DNA of 64,000 nucleotides from Octopus sinensis (lineage: Eukaryota). This document shows positions 24,856 through 35,466 of this stretch, piece by piece (position 1 is the first letter of the stretch; the number at the start of each line of letters is the position of its first letter). The notes under the pieces were generated by a model. That model searched no databases, was not told where the DNA came from, and was given only the letters and a program-made list of their open reading frames with translations. A program made the translations under genes and the position numbers. The stretch is taken from the NCBI RefSeq assembly GCF_006345805.1, contig NC_042998.1, forward strand, positions 80,662,001 through 80,726,000. Direction: 5' to 3'.

Positions 24856-25244
24856 CAAATAAGAAAATGGAGGAGAACAATAGGTGGTTCATCAACTTTT
24901 GGGCATTAAATTATGTTAACTTATTTATTTATTAAACTGATAATTATAATAACATACATACATATAACGTATTATTCTTTACATATAAGATATGATATAA
25001 AATATAGTGATATATAAGGATACTAGTAATCATTATAAAAAACATGAATATTTTATCAATTTATATTCATGTTTTTTATAATAATTACTGGTATCTTTAC
25101 ATATTACTATATTTTATATCTTATATGTAAAGAATAATATGCTATATGTATGTATGTTATTATAGTTATCAGTTTAATAAATAAATAAGTTAATGTCCAA
25201 AAGTTGATGAACCACCTATTGTTCTCCTCCATTTTCTTATTTGC
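24855..25244. mobile_element. Palindromic (foldback) MITE, about 190-bp arms with an 11-13 nt loop, TA-flanked
   Basis: gcaaataagaaaatggaggagaacaataggtggttcatcaacttttgg... is mirrored by ...ccaaaagttgatgaaccacctattgttctcctccattttcttatttgc; centre near 25057. Confidence 0.9.
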
Positions 25245-25419
25245 TATATAAATTAATGGTAAAATATCTCTTTACCTTCACTCATTTGATACACTAGGTA
25301 ATGTAATTGCAATGCAATAAAAAACACTTGTGTATTAACAATTGGGTATTCTACCAGCAGTATATTGGATAGATATTATCCCTTACTGGGTTGGATTCAC
25401 AACCCCTAACTTTCTTGGA

Positions 25420-25461
<42 letters not shown>

Positions 25462-26339
25462 CTCCACCACTACCATCACCGTATATAAAATAGCGCACAC
25501 ACACTGACTCCCTTACTTGACTCAATACCTTGGCTGAAAAATACGAATCCCAGAATATGCTCAGATAAGATATTTTATCTTTTCAACCCTGTCACCTACT
25601 CTTCTATTTCTGTGCAGATTACAAACCCCTTATTAGTTCTTTCATTATTCTGTCTATTTCAGCACCATGTCATCATGTAAATATAGTTCTATAGTTTCAT
25701 CTTACTTGTTGTTGCCTAAGATAACCTTAGCTCACGCATTTCCTTAACTGCAACATATTCATTCATTCATCTATTAAAGTTTATCACAGAGTCATTTGTC
25801 TCTAATTTTGTCTTAGATTGGCTCTCAGATTCTTCAATTCTATTTACTATTATCAACATTTGCTGTCTCGTTAAATTAACTATGCCACACAAATCCCAAA
25901 AGAATATCTCTCCCTCGTGTCCTGACCCCTTCCCTCTCTCTATCTCACTATGTCTCTCTCTCATTCGATTACCACTCACCTTGCCAAGACTTCCTACTTC
26001 CTCCTCCTCCACCACCACCACCCTATATAAACTAGCGCACGCACTCAGATTCCCCTACTTGATTCTTAATACCTCCACCGAAAGAATATGTATCCAGGAG
26101 ATGCTCTTGTCCATATTTGCTAGTTTGCGGTGTGCAATCCCTCCCAACCCATGCACCTGTACCGGAAGTCCCTATTTTTTGTCATCCTTTGGTTGTCTCC
26201 CACGAACACTTCTAAAGGCTTTACGCCATCCCCACCCCTACTATATAAGGTAGTGATCATATAGTGCAAAAATATGATAGTGTAGTGTACGCAGGTTGAA
26301 CTTATTGTTTGTTTATGAATTCTGCCAAATGCAAGCTCT

Positions 26340-26722
26340 CTTTTCAGGTACATGACACTACTGTCCCCCGTCCTAGGGACTCAAGGGCCCATACCTCCCA
26401 CACCCTCAGGGTTGGCACTCTCAACGTCGGCACACTGAAAGGTAGGTCTGGTGAGATTGTTGAGATGCTTGAAGAGAGATGTGTCGATATGTGCTGCATC
26501 CAAGAAGTAAGGTGGAGAGGAGATTCTGCTAGGTACCTCAAAAGCAAAGAACACAGGTACAGGATTTTCTGGGCAGGGAACACTGACAGGGTCGGGAGCG
26601 TGGGTATACTTCTTGTGGAGAAATGGGTAGATAAGGTAATTGAGGTAGTCAGAGTATGCGACAGAATACTTAAGATTAGATTAGTGCTTCATCATGGGTT
26701 AGCAACCATTATCTTGGCCTAT
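26340..26722 (+). mobile_element. RTE-clade LINE 5' fragment (AP endonuclease N-terminus)
   Basis: LRVGTLNVGTLKGRSGEIVEMLEERCVDMCCIQEVRWRG...GSVGILL...CDRILKIRL...IILAY. Confidence 0.88.
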
Positions 26723-26846
26723 GTCTCTTTAACTCTGTTGGGTCGCACACTCGCATTGCTCTGACCTCGTCAGAGTAATGCGAAATGTGTTCCACATGTG
26801 AGACCCAACAGAGTTAAAGAGACACATACAACATTTCGTTCACCAC

Positions 26847-28170
26847 ATGCAGTTCTCAGCTTACAGCTATAAAGAAAGGATCAGAATATACAAAGGAGCC
26901 ATGAGGAAATTTGAAGCTATCATATGTAATGATAGGAATGGGATTTGCCCACTCTATAGGAGCAAGTCATGGAACACCATTGAAAGGACTAAGAAGAAAG
27001 TAGGGAAGGCCAACTCTTGGTATGATAGCCACAAATACCAGAGTGTCATGTTTGTTGACACCACCCCTAGAGGCGAACTGGTGTACTGCTTTAGAAGGGC
27101 CCTAGACAAACTTAAGCTAAGGATTAAGGTTGTTGAAAGGCCAGGCAACCCTATCAAATCCCTAATCGGTAGATCCTACCCTTTTAGTAGACCCCCCTGT
27201 ACTGATAGGAACTGTACTGTGTGTAGATTTAGCCCACAAACAAACTGTAAAGCCAGAAATGTAGTCTATTGTATAAGACGTACAGAGGGATGATGCAGTA
27301 ACAAGACAACGACGTAGTAGGGGAAACGACATGGAGCATAGGAGAGCGGGTAAATGACCATTGGAGGGAATTTAAGGAAGAGAAGAGCTCATTGGTTCTG
27401 TACCAGCACACTGAGCAGGAACATGTGGGCTCACTCAACAACATAGAAGTTAAAATCTTGTCCACACATAGAACAGACGCAACGCTTAGACAAATTACAG
27501 AAGCTACGTACATAATAGAAGATAAATCTAGCCTGAATAGGAAGCTGGAATTGAACACTAGCACACACCCCCAACACACCACAACATATGACAGAATAAG
27601 ATCTCCATAAACTGATAACAATATGAACAAAATATAATACAATATACAGATGAACAAATGGAATTAAATAACTATGTACATTAACAAAATTTAAAATTAA
27701 AAAAAATTAAATTAAATTAAATACAAAAGAAGAAAGAATAGAAAAAATAATAATAAGTATGAACAAAATAAATAAAAACGAATTAAACAAACGTGTATAA
27801 ACAGGGAATACAGATAATACAGGCACCCCCCACACGCACTTACAAAACATCGACACATAGGGGTATACGCATGTGCAAATAAAGACATATACAATAGGAA
27901 TACAAAATACAAAATGGCTGATCGTTAGTAAGGAAAGACACACAAATAAGAAAAAAGAAAGCAAAGGACCACTGATGAGGTCACAGAAGTGTGATGAAAG
28001 AACTCTGGCCGAAATACGATTAATGTAAAAAATAAAATAAAGCTGAAGCAAATTAACACCAAATATATAGTGCGTGTGTTTTTATTGGCTAAACTGGCAA
28101 CATGACCATCCCTAAATACAACAATATCTGTTTCAACACATGATTTCACATCAAGACTCTTGCAAAATGA
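26847..28170 (+). mobile_element. Penelope-like element 3' part: RT thumb, Cys-rich linker, GIY-YIG endonuclease (disrupted), then pLTR
   Basis: MFVDTTPRGEL...RIKVVERPG...CTDRNCTVC...NCKARNVVYCI...GET...R...H...LRQITEATYI...LNRKLE. Tail carries a CUGAUGA/GAAA core at 27972-28014. Confidence 0.85.
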
Positions 28171-28962
28171 ATATATAAACTTAATATGTGTGTGTGTGAA
28201 AATATATGTATATGTGTGTGCGCATACATATATATATGTGTATATATGTGTGTGTGTACATACATACATACATATTATTTTCTGTAGGCTTATGCCCTTC
28301 CTCTTGCCAAATAGGGTATTGTTTCTCTTTGGACATATTTACAGAGAAGACTGGAACACTGTGACACACCCTGCATGATGGTGATACTCATTTACTGCTA
28401 TCACATGATTCTAAAACAAGGATGAGTGTGTGTGTTTGCATATAAATATATATATGTATATATATAAATAGATATATTTATATATACGCTGTAGCCAGCG
28501 CCGCCTTGACTGGCCTCCATGCCGGTGGCAAGTAAAAAGCACCACCTGATCGTGGTCGTTGCCAGCCCAGTCTGGTCTCTGTGCCGGTGGCACGTAAAAA
28601 GCACCCACTACACTCTCGGAGTGGTTGGTGTTAGGAAGGGCATCCAGCTATAGAAACACTGCCAGATCAGAATGGGCCTGGTGCAGCCTTCTGGCTTCCC
28701 AGACCCCAGTTGAACCGTCCAACCCATGCTAGCATGGAAAGCGGACGTTAAATGATGATGATGATGATGATGATAAAGAAGTATTATTACTGTTATTTAT
28801 AGTAATAATATTGTGCCTGTAAAGGCACAATATAAATTATTTTAAGATTCAGTAGGGTATATAATACCACTTATTAAAATCAGAGCCATTGCTCCAAAAA
28901 CCACCATAAAAATTACAATAAAGATACACATAACTTTAGCTAGTGGTATTATATACCTACAG

Positions 28963-28998
<36 letters not shown>

Positions 28999-29009
28999 TA
29001 TATAGAAGG

Positions 29010-29060
29010 AGCTTCTACAGGACTAGAACTGTTTCATTCAAGAGAAATCATCAGGAAGCT
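29010..29060 (-). ncRNA. Type I hammerhead ribozyme fold (probably PLE pLTR-derived)
   Basis: RNA AGCUUC-CUGAUGA-UUUC UCUU GAAU-GAA-ACAG UUCUAGUC CUGU-A-GAAGCU: perfect 6-bp stem I, 4-bp stem III, intact core, GUA cleavage triplet. Stem II closes with U.U. Confidence 0.75.
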
Positions 29061-29379
29061 AGCTAACAAGAATTGTATTGGCATTTATACATTTAGGCAG
29101 GTTTAAAGGGGTGGTGGTGGGGGACTTTTGGGGGTAGGCATAGCGCAAAAAATATCATACTTGGGGGAGTGGTCAAGGAGTCAGTGGTAAATTAGATAAA
29201 AGAATAAATAAAAGAATAAAAAAATTAAAAAATATATAGAAGAATAGAGTTTTAGGTAAACAAGGAGATTCTCACTTATACATATACACATATGTATATA
29301 TATACACACACACACACACATATACATACACACATACATACACACACACACATATATATATACATGTATATATACATAC

Positions 29380-29426
<47 letters not shown>

Positions 29427-30099
29427 CACACAAAAAAATATATACATACACACACATACACATACACACATACACACACATATCCACATACACACATGCA
29501 CACACAAGTCCCTATATACACATATATATACATATATACATATATATATATATACATATATATATATACACATGTGTACCTATACATACCTACACATACA
29601 CACATATACATACAAATACAAACCCATTCCCTAATTTTAATTTTATTATTATCTTCATTTATTACTTTTGTTATCTTTGACCGCGGGTCACAAGCATCTT
29701 GGCTACGACAGCAAGTCCATTTATCTTTCTACTTGAACACAAGCACTCACTCACGCACGCACACTCATTAGCACGCACACTCACTCATTCGTACACTCAT
29801 ACACATACACGCACGCACGTATTATATTCATACATACATACATCTACATACATTCACATATATACACATACGTACGCGTACCTACAGATTCATGTCTACA
29901 CGTTTAGAAGACTAGTCCATACATATACACCAATAAATATATATACACACATACATATACACCTACATACACCTTGTTAGCTAGCTTCCTGATGATTTCT
30001 CTTGAATGAAACAGTTCTAATGAATTAATGAATTAATTTTACTCTGCTATGTATTGAGTACCTTATTTACTGTGGTTAACCCCGAATCAACCCGGGACC

Positions 30100-31465
30100 T
30101 ACATATATATATATATGTATATATGATGATATATATATATATGTATATATGATGATATATATATATATGTATATATGATGATATATATATATATGTATAT
30201 ATGATGATATATATATATATATATATGATGATGATATATATATATATATATATGATGATGATATATATATATATGTATATATGATGATATATATATATGT
30301 ATATATGATGATATATGTATATATGATGATATATATATATATGTATATATGATGATATATATATATGTATATATGATGATATATATATATGTATATATGA
30401 TGATATATATATATATGTATATATGATGATATAAATATATATATATATGTATATATGATGATATAAATATATATATATATGTATATATGATGATATATAT
30501 ATATATATGTATATATGATGATATATATATATATATGTATATATGATGATATATATATATATATATGTATATATGATGATGATATATATATATATGTATA
30601 TATGATGATGATATATATATATATGTATATATGATGATGATATATATATATATGTATATATGATGATGATATATATATATATATATATATATGATGATAT
30701 ATATATATGTATATATGATGATATATATATATATGTATATATGATGATATATATATATATGCATATATGATGATATATATATATCTATATATGATGATAT
30801 ATATATATATATGATGATATATATATATATGTATATATGATGATATATATATATATATGTATATATGATGATATATATATATATGTATATATGATGATAT
30901 ATATATATGTATATATGATGATATATATATATATGTATATATGATGATATATATATATGTATATATGATATATATATTATATATGTATATATGATGATAT
31001 ATATATATATGTATATATGATGATGATATATATATATATGTATATATGATGATGATATATATATATATATGTATATATGATGATGATATATATATATATG
31101 TATATATGATGATTATATATATATGTATATATGATGATATATATATATATATATATGATGATGATATATATATATATGTATATATGATGATATATATATA
31201 TGTATATATGATGATATATGTATATATGATGATATATATATATATATGTATATATGATGATATATATATATATATATGTATATATGATGATATATATATA
31301 TATATGTATATATGATGATATATATATATATGTATATATGATGATATATATGTATATATGATAGATATATATATTGTATATGATGATATATATATATGTA
31401 TATGATGATATATATATATGTATATATGATGATATATATATATATGTATATATGATGATATATAT
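30100..31465. repeat. 1.37-kb compound microsatellite (TA)n-GTATATATGATGA
   Basis: Direct inspection; source of the spurious 482-aa ORF. Confidence 0.95.
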
Positions 31466-31548
31466 GATTGATTGATTGATTGATTGATTCTAGTCGTTAT
31501 GAGCTGTGGCTGTGGCACCGCCATTTGGTGTTGCTACTTGGTTTCACT

Positions 31549-34500
31549 TCATGGAGGCTTTCTAGCAACTGCTATTTGGTGCATGAGAGAGTTCGATGCA
31601 GCTGCCCTCATCTGCCCCTCCTGCCGTGAAGTTGGTTCATCTGGGACACCTGACAGGAAGAGATCCAGCTTCATTTTAAAGACATCTGTATCCACCCCAT
31701 GCAGGTCTCTCAGGTTCTTCGGGAGGATATTGAAGAGCTGTGGGCCTCGGAAGCCCAGGCTATCACAGAATCTTGTCCTACATCTTGATGGCAGGTTTGG
31801 AGTCCTAGGCACCACGCAGTGGCGCCCAGTTCTGGCATTTGCGTAACTCTCGATGCCAAAGTTCAGGACACTTCCCTCCAGGATCTTCCAGATGTATATT
31901 ATGGCATATCTTTCCGCCTACGCTCCAGGGAATATAATTTTAATCTCTTGAGTCTTTCCCAGTAGCTTACATTCTGCATAGAGGCTATCTTCTTTGTGTA
32001 GCTTCGTTGGATCGCCTCAAGTTCTGTGATCAACTTGACACTGGATGGTGACCATAGCTGAGAGCAATAGTCAAAGTGGCTTAGGACAAGTGTCTTCCAG
32101 GGGACCATCATGGTTTCTTGTCTCTTGTTCTAAAGGTTCTAAGAATCCATCCAGCCAGCCGTCTACATTTCATTGTCAGTTTAGCAACATGTACATGAAA
32201 GGTCGCGTCATCACTCATGTGAATACCCAGGTCACGCACTGATTGTGCCTCTGGGATTGCAATCCCTCCGGGTCCAGTGTATTCATTGGGTATTGCATTC
32301 AGTTTTGCATGCTGATAGTATAAAGCTTGAAACTTTCCAGCATTGAACTGCATGCTATTCTTTTCAGCCCACTTGTATATTTCGTCCAGCTCACATTGCA
32401 GGTGTTTAGTGTCCTCAGGGTTCTGTATTGCCTGTGAAACTTTTGTATCATCTGCATAACTTGTGATCGTGGCTCTCTGCGTGGCTGAGGGCATGTCTGA
32501 GAGGGCCATTATGAACAGTAGTGGTCCCAGAACAGTGCCCTGCGGAACACCGCTCACTATTTGTGTGTTAATGGAGGTGGCCCCATTGGCTACTACCACC
32601 TGACTTCTATCCTTCAGAAAGTCATGAAGCCATTCTCCCAGTTTTCCAACTATGTTGAGATCACGCAGTTTGTGACATATCATTCCATGATCGACTTTAT
32701 CAAAGGCCTTTGCAAAGTCGAGATATATCACTTCCACATTTGAGTGGTTGAGCAGCCGTTTCAGCACCCAGTCATAGTGTTGTAGGAGCTGAGTTAAACA
32801 GCTTCTCCCTGGTCGGAAACCATGTTGGGTGTCGGGCAGCAAGTCATTCTCTTCAAGGAAGGTGATCAGCTTCCTTCTGACTATTCGTTCCATGACCTTG
32901 CTGATGTGTGAGGTCAGAGAGATAGGTCTATAGTTCTTGGCTTCCACTCTGCTACCTCCTTTATGAATGGGGCATATTTTACCTTCCTTCAGTTTTCCTG
33001 GAAGTTTGCCAGCTGCAAGGAAGCTCTGAAAGAGGAACTGCAGTGGTCTTGCTAGGACTCTCTTACATGCTTTTAGGAGGATTGCCGGGAATCCATCGGG
33101 GCCAGTAGCTGAGTCTGTTTTCATTTCATCTATAGCCTTGGTTACATCTTCTTCCTTTATATCGATGTAATCTATCGTCGCCGCCTCTGATTTTATATCT
33201 GCAGTGGTAAAAAAGTCAGTTGGATTGGTGATTTGGAGATGCCCAAGGGGTGGAGTGAAAACACTCTTGAATTGCTCATTCAGTATTTCACTTACCCTCA
33301 TTGGTTTTCCTGTAAGTGCCATCCTTTTCGAGGAGTGGCCCTATTCTACAGTGCACTGTAGCTGTTTCTTTGGCATACCTGTAGAAAGCTCTGGGGTTAG
33401 ATTTTATGTTTTCTATAGCCCAGGCTTCTTTGTCTGCTCTTTCTTTTTCATGGGAGAGTTGCAGACATTTTTCGATTTCCAACAGTTTTATTTTATTTAG
33501 GCAGGACTTTTCACTGCTTTCAATCTGTTTGTTTAGGCGATTTGAAAATTTCGTACGCTGTCTCATTAAAATTTTCCTCTCTCTGGGGATTTTGTTCTTG
33601 TGTACAGTGGCCTTTCTCTCTGGGACACATTTGTAGCATATGGCTTGCATTACAGACATGAATTGTTGATGTTTCACGTCGATGTCTGGCGAGGAGAGAC
33701 ATTTAGGCCAGTTTTGTTTGAGGATCTCTTTCTCAATTTGTTTCCAGTTTGCCTTATGGTAGTTCAAGCTGGAAAGATTTTGAGGGTTTCTTGTAGGCTG
33801 CATGTCCGTGCTCTCTTTTGGCCCGTACATGGTCAGCTCTATCATGTTGTGATCCGAGAGTAGTGTCGGTGTCACTTTCACATTATGGATGAGATCCATG
33901 TCATTTGTGAAGCAGAGATCCAGTGTGTTTCCTGCCCTGGTTGGTTGGAGTATTACCTGCTCCATGTACAGGGTGTTGATGAGGTTCAGGAGGGACCTCG
34001 CCTGTCCTCGTTCACATCTTGTCATTCCTGGGAGAGAAAGGCCTTGGGCCATCTGACATTGGGCAGATTGAAGTCTCCCATAAGAAGCACACCTATGTGT
34101 TGTTCTAATGTGGTTAGAATTTCTTCTATTTTTATAAGGCAGTCTTCAAACTTGCCCACATGGCTTGGGGCATCTGGAGGGCGATATGTAGCACACACAA
34201 CTACATCAAGTTGCCTAATATGTACAATTAGGTGTCACACACCGAGTTTGAGTATGACAAGAGGACCTGGGGTGTGAGGTCCTCACGGATGTACATAGCC
34301 ACACCTCCATGACTCCTTTCTTTCCTGTCGGTCCGTAGTACAGCATACTGTGGTATGTGTAACTCCGCATCTGCTATGTCCGGTTTCAGGTGCGTTTCTG
34401 TAAGTGCTATGCATAAGGCTTGATTGCATGCAACAAAGTCTCTCAGGAACGGGATCTTTGTCCTGTTACTGAGTGTTTGCAGTCCTCTGATGTTCAGTAG

Positions 34501-34692
34501 GAGTATCGAGGTGAGGTGTACATTGTTGCCGGCGGTGTCCATCCTGTGTCTGTTTGCTGTGGTGGTCTGGTATATAGTGGGTAGTCCCACCTGCGGGCTT
34601 GGGTTTGATGAAGCCAGGTCAGCTGCTGTACAATTTTTGTGCCATGCACAAAAAAGATTGTTGCTCAGCAGCTGCTCTTTCGACAACATCAT
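31549..34692 (-). pseudogene. LINE ORF2 (APE-RT), about 1045 codons, broken by about five frameshifts
   Basis: Consecutive ORF pieces 34228-34692, ~34035-34230, 33288-34052, 32108-33322, 31899-32111 and 31549-~31905 join into one collinear protein. Confidence 0.9.
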
Positions 34693-35085
34693 TGTTGGCT
34701 GTTTGTGGCGCGCACAACATCTGCGTACCTCCGCTTTGGGGCAGGTGGTGCGTAGTCCATCCCTTTTCTTTGTGTTGATGGTTTGTCCATCTGCCTCGTG
34801 TCTCTGTGGCAGGGTCCCCGATGTGCAAAGCGGCAGCCTGCACCTTCCTTTCCGTGCCAGCAGGAACCTCTCAGGTAGAACATACACACCCGTGTGCGCT
34901 GTTTGGTTCCATCCTTTGCGGTTCCACTTCTATTCCTGGTTGTTTCACTCTTTGGTCCTGCTTGAGCTTTTTCTTTTCCTTTAGCTCTTCCAGTCCTTCT
35001 TTTAGTTCTTCTTCCTCCCTCTACCTCTTCACCGGGTTCTCCGTCTCCATGGCCCTTGCTGCCGGTTGGAGAACTTGCACACTCA
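34689..35085 (-). CDS. LINE ORF1 C-terminal part with CCCH-type zinc finger
   Basis: [22 protein letters not shown] (C-x7-C-x8-C-x3-H) followed by RRYADVVRA and TGA at 34691-34689. Confidence 0.75.
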
Positions 35086-35310
35086 TACATATATATATAT
35101 GTATATATGATGATATATATATGTGTATATATATATACGTGTATATATATTATGTGTATATATATATACGTGTATATATATATGTATATATATATATATA
35201 TATATGTGTATATATATATGTGTGATATATATATATAGGTATATATATATATATATGTGTATATATATATGTGTGTATATATATATTATATATATATATA
35301 TGTGTATATA

Positions 35311-35342
<32 letters not shown>

Positions 35343-35435
35343 GTGTATATATATATGTGTGTATATATATATGTATATATATATATGTGTATATATATAT
35401 GTATTATATTATATATATATATATATATATATAAT

Positions 35436-35466
<31 letters not shown>

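Larger units (their letters stand above)
31466..35085 (-). mobile_element. Near-complete CR1-type LINE (5'-truncated within ORF1), (AATC)n 3' tail
   Basis: APE motifs (LLNIRGL, ALTETHL, RTDR...GGVAMY, YRPP, MGDFN, TLDLCF), RT motifs (QHGFRPGRSC, YLDFAKAFDKV, GVPQGTVLGPLLF, YADD), CR1-type C-terminus; (GATT)n at 31466-31489. Confidence 0.93.

Noticed and set aside
28296-28380. Strong + strand acceptor (tattattttctgtag) followed by a short open frame
   Set aside because: Stops occur in all frames within 30 codons and the sequence resembles a decayed copy of the (GAT)n-tailed repeat.
30076-31524. 482-aa minus-strand ORF and overlapping I/Y/H-rich ORFs
   Set aside because: Entirely compound microsatellite with no stop codon in that frame; no coding signal.
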